A stretch of DNA of 64,000 nucleotides from an uncultured Alphaproteobacteria bacterium (GTDB lineage: Bacteria > Pseudomonadota > Alphaproteobacteria > Dongiales > Dongiaceae): the NCBI GenBank assembly GCA_963849845.1, contig CAWKIJ010000008.1, positions 430 to 64,429 on the forward strand, given 5' to 3'. The first letter of the stretch is position 1. The number at the start of each line of letters is the position of its first letter. Below, in pieces: positions 44,775 through 54,379 of this stretch. The notes beneath the pieces were generated by a model, which worked only from the letters and a program-made list of their open reading frames with translations, was not told the DNA's origin and ran no database searches. The position numbers were made by a program, and so were the translations under genes.

Positions 44775-46229
44775 ATGGCAGTGGGGGCTGTCAATTCCGG
44801 GACCGATCCGGGGGGCCGGACGACCTGGGCCATCGAGGCGGCGGCCACCGCCAAGCTGGCGCTGCCGATTACCGGCGCCCTGCTGGCGGAAATGGGCACC
44901 GCCGTCATCGACTATATCATGGCCGGCAAGCTCGGTGCCGCGGCGCTGGCGGCGGCCGGGCTGGGCGCGCAGGTGCTGTTCACCCCGCAGGTCCTCGCCA
45001 TGGGCGCAGTCGGCAGCGTCTCGGCCCTGGGTGCCCAGGCGCACGGCGCCGAGGATCACGAGATGGTGGGGCGCGTCACCCGCCAGGGCCTGCGCTTCGC
45101 CACCCTGCTGTCCCTGCCGGTCATGGCGGTGCTGGCCGTCATCCCGGTCGCCATGCGCCGGTTCGGCTACGATCCGCTCATCGTCGATCAGCTCCAGGGC
45201 ATCCTGTGGTGGGGCACCATCGGCGTGCCGCCCTTCCTCTGGTTCACCGTCCTGCGCAATTTCGTGACGGTGCTCAGCCGGCCGATGGCGGTCACCTTCA
45301 TCGCCCTGGCGGCTCTGCCGATCACCTTCTTCACCAACTACGCCTTCATGTACGGGCACTGGGGTGCCCCCAACCTGGGCGTGGCCTCGATCGGCATCGC
45401 CGCGGCGATCTTCTGCTGGGCGCAGTTCCTGGCGATCGCGGTCTTCGTCGGGCGGCATCGCGTGGTCAGGAGCTATCGGATCTTCAGCGATCTGCTGCTG
45501 CACGATCATCGGCTGCTGGCCGACCTGTTCCGGGTCGGCTGGCCGATCGCCGCCGGCTACGGCTTCGAATCCGGCCTGTTCATCGTCTCGACCATCCTCA
45601 TCGGCCTGTTCGGCGAGGCGACGCTGGCGGCGCATAACGTGGTGATGAGCATCTCCTCGGTCAGCTTCATGATCCCCTGGGCGATTTCCCAGGCCGGCAC
45701 CGTGCGGGTCGGCTATGCGGTCGGCGCCGGACGTCCGGCCCAGGCGCGGCTCGCCGGGCATGTCGCCATCATCATGGGTTTCGCCTGGATGTGCCTGTCG
45801 GCCTGCCTGATGTGGTTTGCCCCGGAATTCCTCACCGGCTTCTATCTCGATCTCGACGATCCGGCGAATGCCGCGGCCATCCTCATGGCGGCGAAGCTGT
45901 TCCTGGTCGGCGCCATCTTCCAGATCTTCGACGGCGCCCAGGTGACCACCGGCGGCGTGCTGCGCGGCTACAAGGACACCCGGGTGCCGATGATGATCAT
46001 GGGCCTCGGCTACTGGGTGGTCGGCCTCGGCGCCGGCATTCCCCTGGCTTTCCTTGCCGGGCTCGAGGGGCCGGGTCTCTGGTGGGGCATGGCCCTCGGC
46101 CTCGTCGCCTCCTCGACCATGCTGGTCTTCCGCTTCGAGCACCTGTCGCGCCGGCATGTCAGCCAAGTCGGGACCGCCGCTGCGCCCGGATCGCGCGGTG
46201 AGTCCCTGGGCAATTCCCCGGCTAAATGA
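44775..46229 (+). CDS. MATE family efflux transporter
   Basis: 484 aa with about 12 TM helices. It shows a NorM-like two-fold internal repeat and typical GLGAQVL and GVLRGYKDT segments. Confidence 0.85.
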   Translation: MAVGAVNSGTDPGGRTTWAIEAAATAKLALPITGALLAEMGTAVIDYIMAGKLGAAALAAAGLGAQVLFTPQVLAMGAVGSVSALGAQAHGAEDHEMVGRVTRQGLRFATLLSLPVMAVLAVIPVAMRRFGYDPLIVDQLQGILWWGTIGVPPFLWFTVLRNFVTVLSRPMAVTFIALAALPITFFTNYAFMYGHWGAPNLGVASIGIAAAIFCWAQFLAIAVFVGRHRVVRSYRIFSDLLLHDHRLLADLFRVGWPIAAGYGFESGLFIVSTILIGLFGEATLAAHNVVMSISSVSFMIPWAISQAGTVRVGYAVGAGRPAQARLAGHVAIIMGFAWMCLSACLMWFAPEFLTGFYLDLDDPANAAAILMAAKLFLVGAIFQIFDGAQVTTGGVLRGYKDTRVPMMIMGLGYWVVGLGAGIPLAFLAGLEGPGLWWGMALGLVASSTMLVFRFEHLSRRHVSQVGTAAAPGSRGESLGNSPAK

Positions 46230-46966
46230 AGGACCGCGCGGACAAGCTGCTGGTGGACCGCGGCCTGGTGGAAACCCGGGCCAAGGCCCAGGCCCTGATC
46301 CTTGCCGGCCTGGTCTATACCGGCACCCAGCGGGTGGAAAAGGCCGGCCAGATCCTCGCCGACGACGCGCCGCTGGCGTTGAAGGGCCAGGACCATCCCT
46401 GGGTTTCCCGCGGCGGCCAGAAGCTCGCCCACGGCCTGGCGCATTTCCACCTCCCCGCGGCCGGCGCGACCGCGATCGATGTCGGCGCCTCGACCGGCGG
46501 CTTCACCGACGTCCTCCTCGATGCCGGTGCGGCCAAGGTCTATGCGGTCGATGTCGGTCACGGCCAGCTCGCCTGGAAGCTCCGCACCGACCCCCGTGTC
46601 GTGGTGCTGGAAAAGACCAATGCCCGGCACCTGACCGCCGCCGACATTCCGGAACCGGTCGACGCCGTGGTCTGCGACGCCAGTTTCATCGGCCTCGAGA
46701 CCGTCCTGCCGGCGGCGCTGGCGCTGACCAGGCCGCAGGCCTGGGCGATCGCCCTGATCAAGCCGCAATTCGAGGTCGGGCGGGAGAATGTCGGCAAGGG
46801 CGGGGTGGTGCGCGACCCCGACCTGCATCAGGCGGTCTGCGCGCGGATCGCCGCCTGGTTCGCGGCGCAGCCGGGCTGGCAGGTCCTCGGCATCGTCGCC
46901 AGTCCGATCCTCGGGCCCGAAGGCAACAAGGAATTCCTGATCGCCGCGCGAAAGTCGGCCGGATGA
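46226..46966 (+). CDS. tlyA: TlyA family rRNA (cytidine-2'-O)-methyltransferase
   Basis: 246 aa. It has an S4-like N-terminus (RADKLLVDRGLVETRAKAQALI) and an FtsJ-type SAM site (IDVGASTGGFTDVLL). ATGA overlaps occur at both ends. Confidence 0.9.
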   Translation: MKDRADKLLVDRGLVETRAKAQALILAGLVYTGTQRVEKAGQILADDAPLALKGQDHPWVSRGGQKLAHGLAHFHLPAAGATAIDVGASTGGFTDVLLDAGAAKVYAVDVGHGQLAWKLRTDPRVVVLEKTNARHLTAADIPEPVDAVVCDASFIGLETVLPAALALTRPQAWAIALIKPQFEVGRENVGKGGVVRDPDLHQAVCARIAAWFAAQPGWQVLGIVASPILGPEGNKEFLIAARKSAG

Positions 46967-48219
46967 CCGGGGACATCCTCGACATCGTCGAGATCGGCGC
47001 CCAGGGCGACGGCATCGCGCGGATCGACGGCGGTCCGGTCTTCGTTCCCTTCGCGGCACCCGGCGACCGGGTCCGGGTCGAGATCGGCGGCGCCAGGGGC
47101 GAGGGCAGGGCGGCGCGGCTGCTCGGCCTGGTCTCCGCCGGTCCCCAGCGCATCGCCCCGGTCTGCCGGCATTTCACGGCCTGTGGCGGCTGCGCCACCC
47201 AGCATATCGCCACCGACGCCTACCGCGCCTGGAAGCTCGGGCTTGTCGGCGAGGCGCTGGCGCATCGCGGAATGGCGCCGCCACCCGAGACGCGTTTCAT
47301 CGCCCTGCCGCCCGGTACCCGACGCCGCGCCAGCTTCGCCGCCCGCAAGGAGACTGGCGCGCTCACCCTCGGTTTCCACGCGCCGGAAAGCCACGCCATC
47401 GTCGATCTTGTTGAATGCCATGTCCTGACGCCTTCCCTGCTGGCCGCCCTGCCGCTGCTGCGCCGGCTGGCCGATGCGGCCCTCACCGACGGCCAGGCGG
47501 CGGATCTCGTCGCCACTGAAAGCGACACCGGCCTCGATCTGCTGTTCGCCGCGGCAAAGCCCTGCGCGCGCCTGCAGACCCTGACCCGGGTGGCGGCGGC
47601 GGAACCCGCGATCGCCCGGCTCAACTGGCAGAGCGGCCGCGCCGCGCCGGAGCCGGTGGTCCAGCAGCGGACGCCATCGGTGACTTTCGCCGGCGTCGCC
47701 GTCGACCTGCCGGCGGAATCCTTCCTGCAGCCGAGCCGCGCCGGCGAAGCGGCATTGGTGGCGGCGGTCCTCGATTTCACCAAGGGCAAGTCGCTGGCCG
47801 ATCTCTATGCCGGCTGCGGCACCTTCAGCTTTCCCCTGGCGAAGATCGGCAAGGTCGCCGCCTTCGAAGTGGCGAAGCCGGCGGTCGCCGCCCTCGCCGC
47901 GGCGGTCAACCGGGCACAGCTGTCCGGCCGGGTGATCGCGACGGCACGCGATCTCGATCAATCGCCCCTGCCGCCGGAGGATCTGAAGAAATACGACTGC
48001 GTGGTTCTCGATCCCCCGCGTGCCGGGGCCCGGTCCCAGTCCGAGATGCTGGCGCGGTCCGGGATCAAGCGCGTGGTCATGGTCAGCTGCAACCCGGCCA
48101 GCTTCGCCCGGGACGCCCGTATCCTGGTCGATGGCGGCTACCGCCTGCGGGGCATGGTCGTGGTCGACCAGTTCGTCTGGTCGGCCCATGTCGAGCTGGT
48201 CGCCCGTTTCGATCGCTGA
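46963..48219 (+). CDS. Class I SAM-dependent RNA (uracil-5-)methyltransferase, RlmD/TrmA family
   Basis: This is the in-frame C-terminal 418 aa of ORF 46054..48219. The ATG at 46963 overlaps the tlyA stop. It has a TRAM-like N-terminus (GAQGDGIARIDGGPVFVPFAAPGDRVRV), the Fe-S cysteines CRHFTACGGC, and the SAM motif DLYAGCGTFS...LDPPRAG. Confidence 0.8.
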   Translation: MTGDILDIVEIGAQGDGIARIDGGPVFVPFAAPGDRVRVEIGGARGEGRAARLLGLVSAGPQRIAPVCRHFTACGGCATQHIATDAYRAWKLGLVGEALAHRGMAPPPETRFIALPPGTRRRASFAARKETGALTLGFHAPESHAIVDLVECHVLTPSLLAALPLLRRLADAALTDGQAADLVATESDTGLDLLFAAAKPCARLQTLTRVAAAEPAIARLNWQSGRAAPEPVVQQRTPSVTFAGVAVDLPAESFLQPSRAGEAALVAAVLDFTKGKSLADLYAGCGTFSFPLAKIGKVAAFEVAKPAVAALAAAVNRAQLSGRVIATARDLDQSPLPPEDLKKYDCVVLDPPRAGARSQSEMLARSGIKRVVMVSCNPASFARDARILVDGGYRLRGMVVVDQFVWSAHVELVARFDR

Positions 48220-48382
48220 GTCTAAGATGCTTCCACGCAATGTCTCGATACAATCGAGCGCTGCCTGGGGCAGGGCCGCGCCACTCGGCCGTCGCCGCCT
48301 GCATGACCGGCATGCGACCGTCCGGGTTGCGGTTCCCGCGGCCGGTCGCTAGCCTTCGCCGGGTTTTTCCAGCGGAGTATTC

Positions 48383-49348
48383 ATGTCCCCAGCCACCAGG
48401 ACCGCCGTGCCCGTGCCCGTGCCCGCTTTGCCGGTCCCGGCCTGGGCGCTGTATGTGATCTGCGTCGCCATCTGGGGTTCGTCCTGGTACGGCATCCGCG
48501 AGCAGCTCGGCGTCGTCGCGCCCCAGGTCTCGCTCTCCTATCGCTTCCTGCTGGCGGCGCTGATCCTGCTGGCCTACTGCGCGGCGACCGGGCGCAACCT
48601 GCGTTTCTCGGCCCGCGCCCACGTCTTTATGGCGCTGCAGGGCGCGCTGCTGTTCTGCGGCAACTACATCCTGTTCTATTACGCCGGCATGCATGTGGTC
48701 AGCGGTCTGCTGGCGGTGTGCTTTTCCACCATGTCGGTGATGAACATCCTCAATCTGGCCCTGCTGTTCCGCCAGCGGATCGACCCGCGGGCGCTGATCG
48801 CCGCCCTGATCGGCCTGACCGGCATCGCCTGCGTCTATTATCCGGAAATCACCCGTCCCGACCTCGGCGGCAACCCAATGCTGGGGCTCGGCCTGTCGCT
48901 GCTGGCGACCTATCTCGCCTCGCTCGGCAACATGGTCAGCGTGAAGCTGAAGGCGTTCCAGATCCCGGTGCTGCAGTCGAACACCATCGGCATGACCTAT
49001 GGCGCACTGTTCTGCGTGGCTTTCGCGCTGCTGACTCAGGCGCCCTTCATCTACGACATGCGCCCGGCCTATTCGATCTCGCTGATCTGCCTCGCGCTGT
49101 TTGCGACGGTGATCGGCTTCGGCTGCTACCTCACCCTGGTGCAGCGGATCGGCGCCGATCGCGCCGCCTATACCAGCGTCATGTTCCCGATCGTCGCCCT
49201 GACATTGTCCACCCTCCTCGAGGACTACCACTGGTCGCCGCTGGCCGGCATCGGTGTCGGTCTGGTACTGTCCGGCAATCTGCTGATCCTCACCCGCCCG
49301 CGCGCGGCGCCGGTTCCCGCAGCCGCCCCATCATCTTCGCAACGGTAG
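48383..49348 (+). CDS. DMT superfamily (EamA-like) transporter
   Basis: 321 aa with about 10 TM helices in two similar halves. This composition is typical of EamA proteins. Confidence 0.8.
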   Translation: MSPATRTAVPVPVPALPVPAWALYVICVAIWGSSWYGIREQLGVVAPQVSLSYRFLLAALILLAYCAATGRNLRFSARAHVFMALQGALLFCGNYILFYYAGMHVVSGLLAVCFSTMSVMNILNLALLFRQRIDPRALIAALIGLTGIACVYYPEITRPDLGGNPMLGLGLSLLATYLASLGNMVSVKLKAFQIPVLQSNTIGMTYGALFCVAFALLTQAPFIYDMRPAYSISLICLALFATVIGFGCYLTLVQRIGADRAAYTSVMFPIVALTLSTLLEDYHWSPLAGIGVGLVLSGNLLILTRPRAAPVPAAAPSSSQR

Positions 49349-49358
49349 TCGCTCCATC

Positions 49359-50528
49359 ATGCCAAACCTGCCCGTGAACATCCGCCCCGAGATCGCCCAA
49401 CTCAAGGATTCGCAGATCGTCGACGTCTGGAAGATGGGCTTCTCGGTGCCCGACGTGATCGGTCTCTGGGTCGGCGAGGGCGATCTGCCGACCACCCGCT
49501 TCATCTGCGACGCGGCGGCCAGGGCGCTGCAGGAGGGGAAGACCTTCTACACCTACAAGCGCGGCATTCCCGAGCTGCGCGAGGCGCTGATCGATCACTA
49601 CCGGGCGCTCTACGGCGTCGAGATCGCCGACGAGCGGATCGCCGTCACCTCCAGCGGCATGAATGCGATGATGCTGATCATCCAGACCCTGGTCGGCGCC
49701 GGCGACAATGCCGTCTGCGTCACCCCGGTCTGGCCGAACATCTTCGCCTGCATCGAGATTCTCGGCGGCGAGGCCCGGCACGTGCCGCTGCAGGGCGACG
49801 ATACCGGCTGGCATCTCGATCTCGAGCGCCTGTTCGCCGCCTGCGACGCACGTACCAAGGCGATCTATCTCGCCTCGCCCGGCAATCCCACCGGCTGGAT
49901 CATGCCCGACGCCCAGCGCCGGACCCTGCTCGATTTCGCCCGCAAGCGCGGCATCACCATCATCTCCGACGAGGTCTACAACCGGCTGGTCTATGACCGC
50001 CCGGTGGCGCCGTCCTTCCTGGAGATCGCCCAGCCCGAGGATCCGGTCTTTGTCGTCAACAGCTTCTCCAAGACCTGGGCGATGACCGGTTGGCGCGTCG
50101 GCTGGATGGTGATGCCCAAGGGCCTGGCGCCGCAGATCGAGCGGCTGATCGAGTTCAACACCTCGGGCGGCCAGCCCTTCCTGCAGGCCGGCTGTGTCAC
50201 CGCGCTCCGCGAGGGCGAGGACTGGGTGAAATGGATGGTCGACCGCTGCCGCCAGGGCCGCGACCTGGTGCGGGATCGCCTGGCCAGCATGAATCGTGTG
50301 CAGGTCGTCCCGGTCGAGGCGTCATTCTACCTGATGCTGCGGGTGGCCGAGATGGGCGATGCCGTCGACTTCTGCAAGCGCCTGGTGACCGAAGGCAAGG
50401 TCGGCCTCGCGCCGGGAACGGCTTTCGGTGCCGGCGGCGAGGGGTATCTCCGGCTCTGCTATGCCCAGAGCAACGAGCGGCTGTCCCAGGCCATGGACCG
50501 CTTCGGCGACTTCCTGGCGCGGAACTAG
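49359..50528 (+). CDS. Pyridoxal-phosphate-dependent aminotransferase (class I, aspartate aminotransferase-like)
   Basis: 389 aa with ASPGNPTG, the NSFSKTWAMTGWRVGW PLP-lysine motif and LRLCYA near the C-terminus. Confidence 0.85.
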   Translation: MPNLPVNIRPEIAQLKDSQIVDVWKMGFSVPDVIGLWVGEGDLPTTRFICDAAARALQEGKTFYTYKRGIPELREALIDHYRALYGVEIADERIAVTSSGMNAMMLIIQTLVGAGDNAVCVTPVWPNIFACIEILGGEARHVPLQGDDTGWHLDLERLFAACDARTKAIYLASPGNPTGWIMPDAQRRTLLDFARKRGITIISDEVYNRLVYDRPVAPSFLEIAQPEDPVFVVNSFSKTWAMTGWRVGWMVMPKGLAPQIERLIEFNTSGGQPFLQAGCVTALREGEDWVKWMVDRCRQGRDLVRDRLASMNRVQVVPVEASFYLMLRVAEMGDAVDFCKRLVTEGKVGLAPGTAFGAGGEGYLRLCYAQSNERLSQAMDRFGDFLARN

Positions 50529-50839
50529 GCCGGGCCCGACCGGAAACCGTGCCGCCGGACCGGGCTGGCGGACCGGGCTGGCGGGGCCCGCTTACCCGCT
50601 GATCCGGTGTCGAAATGACGGAAATCCGCCGCTTCGACGGCAGGGCCCGGCAACCAGGCCGGGGCATTCACAGACAATTGCTGGGATATGGGCCCGCGGC
50701 ACCTACCCAAGCCGGTTTTCCCTATGCTACTGTTTCCTTCGTCACCGATCGGCCCGGATCAAGAAAGGCCGACGATAAGCGGCCTTAGGGAGGCAGCGGG
50801 CTGACGATCGGAACTACCTTAACCGAGCAAGGACAAGCC

Positions 50840-51643
50840 ATGAAGAAGACCATTTTGGGGAGCATCGTCGCCGGTGCGGTTTTGGCCCTGGCGGCCGCAA
50901 CTGGCCATGCGGAAGACAAAGTCTACAAGGTCGGTATGGACCAGACCGACTATCCGCCTTTCGCCACCAAGAACACGAGCGGCGAATGGACCGGCTGGGA
51001 AGTCGATCTCGCCATGGCGGTTTGCGAAGCCGCGAAGATCAAGTGCGAACTGACGCCCACCGCCTGGGACGGCATCATCCCGGCGCTGCAGGAAGGCAAG
51101 ATCGATTTCATCTTTGCGTCGATGACGATCAACGACGACCGCAAGCAGCAGGTCAACTTCACGCATTTCTACTATGATTCGGTCACCATCATCGTCGGCG
51201 CCAAGTCGGACACGACGAAGATCGATTTCGACAATCCGGATTCGGTCAAGGGCAAGGTGTTCGGCGCGCAGAATGCGACCATCCACTCGAAATTCCTGCA
51301 GAAGCGCTTCGGCTCCACCGCCGAGATCAAGACCTATGACGGTCTCGATACCGCATTGGCCGATCTGGCTGCCGGTCGGGTCGACTACGTGCAGGAAGGC
51401 CGTTCGACGATCGCGCCGTTCCTGAAGTCCGATGCCGGCAAGGATTTCGAGGAAAAGGTCGAAGTGCCGAAGGGCGATCCGATCATGGGCGAGGGCGTGG
51501 GCGCTGCCGTCCGCAAGGACGACGCCGACACGCTCGCCAAGCTCAATGCCGCGATCAAGGAAGTCGCCACCAACGGCACCTACGATGCAATCACGGCGAA
51601 GTATCCGGAACTCCAGGGCATGCTGGTAAAGCCGACCTTCTAA
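50840..51643 (+). CDS. Amino-acid ABC transporter substrate-binding protein (His/Lys/Arg/opine type)
   Basis: 267 aa. The signal peptide is MKKTILGSIVAGAVLALAAATGHA. Family-3 SBP motifs are present (GWEVDLAMAVC, DFIFASMTI). Confidence 0.85.
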   Translation: MKKTILGSIVAGAVLALAAATGHAEDKVYKVGMDQTDYPPFATKNTSGEWTGWEVDLAMAVCEAAKIKCELTPTAWDGIIPALQEGKIDFIFASMTINDDRKQQVNFTHFYYDSVTIIVGAKSDTTKIDFDNPDSVKGKVFGAQNATIHSKFLQKRFGSTAEIKTYDGLDTALADLAAGRVDYVQEGRSTIAPFLKSDAGKDFEEKVEVPKGDPIMGEGVGAAVRKDDADTLAKLNAAIKEVATNGTYDAITAKYPELQGMLVKPTF

Positions 51644-51667
51644 GTCCCCGGCAGACTGTCCGATTGG

Positions 51668-51702
51668 AAGCCGCCCGGCCCCTGGCCGGGCGGCTTTTCT
51701 TT
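51668..51702 (+). terminator. Rho-independent terminator/attenuator after the binding-protein gene
   Basis: A 13-nt inverted repeat, AAGCCGCCCGGCC (51668-80) pairing with GGCCGGGCGGCTT (51684-96), is followed by TTCTTTGG. It starts 25 nt after the TAA at 51641-43. Confidence 0.6.
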
Positions 51703-51827
51703 GGCCGATTCCCGTCCCCGGAACGCCACTGCGCTGTTGCTGTCGGTGGAGTCGGGGGGTACCATCCCATGAGTGAACGCGCCGGGCCAACCGGCCTAGA
51801 GGCGTCGGATCGTGGCTTTTCGGGGGA

Positions 51828-52565
51828 ATGGCTTTGGCGACTGGATCTCAATCCTTGTGGATGAGCCTTGCCTGGGGTGACGCGGGCTATGGCGACGAGT
51901 TCTTCTACGGCGTCTGCATCACGCTGTTCATCTCCATCTGCGGATATGCCATCGGCATGACCATCGGCATGCTCGGCGCCTGGGCCAAGCTCTGCCACAT
52001 CAAGGCGCTCAACCGGGCCGGCGACGTCTACACCACGGTCGTCAGGTCGCTGCCGGAACTCCTGCTCATCTTCCTGATCTTCTACACCGGCACCTCCGCC
52101 CTCACCAGCCTGCTGGTCACCCTGCATCTGGCCGACAAGGGCCTCGAGATCAATCCCTTCGCCGCCGTCATCTCGGCGCTGGGTCTCATCTACGGAGCCT
52201 ATCTGACGGATGTCCTGCGTGGCGGCATCCAGGCGGTGCCGAAGGGGCAGATCGAGGCGGCCAAGGCCTTCGGGATGCACGCACCCCAGCGCTTCGTCCG
52301 GATCATCTTTCCGCAGATGATCCGCTACGCCATCCCGGGGCTGGGTAACCAGTGGCTCAACATCACCAAGGACAGCGCCCTGGTCAGCGTCGTCGCCGCG
52401 GTCGGAGAAGTGCTCTCCGTCGGGCGCGGCGCCGCCAACTCGACCAAGCATTTCATCTTCTACTTCGGCGTGACGGCGATGATCTTCCTCGCCATCTCGG
52501 TCTGCTCGCTGATCCTCTTCGGGCGTCTCGAAAAGCGCGCCAATCGCGGCGTGCGGCGCGTGTAG
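51828..52565 (+). CDS. Amino-acid ABC transporter permease (HisQ-like)
   Basis: 245 aa and hydrophobic. The EAA loop is IEAAKAFGMHAPQRFVRIIFPQ. The ATG at 51828 follows GGGGGA. Confidence 0.85.
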   Translation: MALATGSQSLWMSLAWGDAGYGDEFFYGVCITLFISICGYAIGMTIGMLGAWAKLCHIKALNRAGDVYTTVVRSLPELLLIFLIFYTGTSALTSLLVTLHLADKGLEINPFAAVISALGLIYGAYLTDVLRGGIQAVPKGQIEAAKAFGMHAPQRFVRIIFPQMIRYAIPGLGNQWLNITKDSALVSVVAAVGEVLSVGRGAANSTKHFIFYFGVTAMIFLAISVCSLILFGRLEKRANRGVRRV

Positions 52566-52580
52566 GGGCGGGGCACAGCC

Positions 52581-53306
52581 ATGAAATTCGACATCGTCTA
52601 TATGCTGACCACGGTGATGCCGCAGCTCATCCTGGCGATCCCGCTGACGCTGTTCCTGACCATCGGCTCGGGGTTCATCGGCAACCTGCTGGCGGTGCCG
52701 GTGGCGCTGGCCCGCCTCTCGCCCAATCCGCTGCTCTCGCTTCCGGCCCGCGGGTTCATCCTGCTGATGCGGGGGACGCCGCTGGTGGTGCAGCTGTTCT
52801 TCATCTACTACGGCATCGGCCAGCTCATCCCGGGCTGGATGATGCGGGAGTTCTCCTTCCTGCGCGACGGCATCTGGTATGCCATCTTCGCCTTCAGCCT
52901 CAATACCGCCGGCTATACCGGCGAGATCCTGCGCGGCGCCATCCTGGCGGTGCCGCACGGCGAGATCGAGGCCGCGCGCGCCTTCGGCATGAGCCGGGCG
53001 AAGGTCTTCTGGCGGGTGACGCTGCCGCGCGCCGTGCGCATCTGCCTGCCGACGATGAGTTCGGAGACGATCCTGCTCCTCAAGGCGACCTCCCTGGCCT
53101 CGCTGGTCACCGTCTATGAGGTCATGGGCACGGCAACCACGATCCGGGTCGACACCTTCCGCGTCTACGACACGCTGATCGGCGCCGGCATCATCTATTT
53201 CGTCCTGGTCTATTTGATGACCCGGGGGCTCAACTGGCTCGAGCGGCGCCTCAACAAGGACCGGCTCCCCATGCTGGCGGCGGCACCGAAGCCGGCGGCG
53301 GCCTGA
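52581..53306 (+). CDS. Amino-acid ABC transporter permease (HisM-like)
   Basis: 241 aa. The EAA loop is IEAARAFGMSRAKVFWRVTLPR. Confidence 0.85.
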   Translation: MKFDIVYMLTTVMPQLILAIPLTLFLTIGSGFIGNLLAVPVALARLSPNPLLSLPARGFILLMRGTPLVVQLFFIYYGIGQLIPGWMMREFSFLRDGIWYAIFAFSLNTAGYTGEILRGAILAVPHGEIEAARAFGMSRAKVFWRVTLPRAVRICLPTMSSETILLLKATSLASLVTVYEVMGTATTIRVDTFRVYDTLIGAGIIYFVLVYLMTRGLNWLERRLNKDRLPMLAAAPKPAAA

Positions 53307-53332
53307 GCATCGAGGCCAATCGTCCCCGCAGG

Positions 53333-54367
53333 ATGGATCGGCGCCGGTTCGGCCTGGCCGCGGCCGGCGTCGCCGTTGCGCTCGCCGCCGCCTATTCCGC
53401 CTATTGGTTCTACGTCGCCGGGGAGCTTGAATTGGGGATCGACGGCTGGGTCGAGATCCAGCGGCAGAACGGCGTGGAGATGGCGTTTTCCCGGGAGAAG
53501 ATCCACGGTTTTCCCGGCGATTTCCGGACAGACATCCACGATCCGCTGGTGAAAATGCCGGTGGACGGCCGGGATTTCACCTGGTCGGGCGCGGATCTTG
53601 CGCTCCGCGTGTCGCCTTTCGACCTCCACGGGATCGGCTTTTCCGCCCCCGGATCGCACCTGGTCTCGGGCCCGGCGGGCAACTTGTATATACAAGTTGA
53701 AAATCTCCAGGGCCGGATTGAAATCGGGCCCGACGGCCTGCTGTCGCGGCTGCAGGCGGACCTCTCCAGGGCCCATCTGACACTGCCCAATACCGTGGAA
53801 ATTCAAGCCTCTAGCGCGCATCTGGCGATCGACCTGCCGGCGCAGCCGCCGCGCCAGTATCCGGACCCGCTGGTCGGCTTCGACCTGGCGGCCGAGGACC
53901 TCGCCTTGCCGGCCGGGACCCGCCTGCTGACCGCCGCGCCGCTGACCCGGATCGCCGCCGCCGGCGCCGTGCTCGGACCGGTGCCCGGGCCAGTGCCTGG
54001 GCTGCCCCTCGACCAGGCCGTGGCCGCCTGGCGGGATGCGGGCGGCGTGCTCGACCTCAAATCCTTTGCCTTTGCCCAGGGACCGCTGGCGGTGACGGGG
54101 AGCGCCACCCTCGCCCTCGACCGCAATCTGCAGCCGGAGGGGGCGGCGAGCCTGGTCGGGCGGGGGCTCGCCCCCAGCATCGACCTGCTGGCCGGCGAGG
54201 GGCTGATCGCCCGCGCCGATGCCTTGAAATTCAAGGCCTTCGTGTTGGGCGCCCAGCGCACGGGCGCCGATGGCGTGCCGGAGGTGGCGACCGGCCTGAC
54301 CTTGCAGGACGGCCTGCTGTCCTGGGGGCCGTTTCCGATCATCCGGCTGCCGGCGATCGCCTGGTAG
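53333..54367 (+). CDS. DUF2125-like membrane-anchored protein
   Basis: 344 aa. An N-terminal anchor, FGLAAAGVAVALAAAYSAYWFYVA, is followed by a region as I recall for DUF2125, which is found in alphaproteobacteria. The assignment is by memory only. Confidence 0.55.
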   Translation: MDRRRFGLAAAGVAVALAAAYSAYWFYVAGELELGIDGWVEIQRQNGVEMAFSREKIHGFPGDFRTDIHDPLVKMPVDGRDFTWSGADLALRVSPFDLHGIGFSAPGSHLVSGPAGNLYIQVENLQGRIEIGPDGLLSRLQADLSRAHLTLPNTVEIQASSAHLAIDLPAQPPRQYPDPLVGFDLAAEDLALPAGTRLLTAAPLTRIAAAGAVLGPVPGPVPGLPLDQAVAAWRDAGGVLDLKSFAFAQGPLAVTGSATLALDRNLQPEGAASLVGRGLAPSIDLLAGEGLIARADALKFKAFVLGAQRTGADGVPEVATGLTLQDGLLSWGPFPIIRLPAIAW

Positions 54368-54379
54368 CGCCGCCGGCCG

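Noticed and set aside
43713-46166. An 817-aa minus-strand ORF opposite xseB, ispA and the MATE gene.
   Set aside because: The translation is Arg/Gly/Asp/His-rich with no motifs. The plus-strand genes carry clear family signatures (the DDxxD motifs of IspA, the MATE helices). This is a typical high-GC shadow ORF.
46054-46962. A 303-aa N-terminal extension of the RNA methyltransferase ORF (the track gives 46054..48219).
   Set aside because: The extension overlaps the MATE and tlyA genes in another frame and is Arg/Pro/Gly-rich. A sensible TRAM-domain N-terminus begins at ATG 46963, which overlaps the tlyA stop as ATGA.
50557-50582. A tandem 13-bp duplication, GGACCGGGCTGGC x2, just after the aminotransferase stop.
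   Set aside because: It is a short GC-rich duplication with no palindromic structure and no positional relation to a start codon. It is most simply a replication-slippage duplication in a 3' untranslated region.
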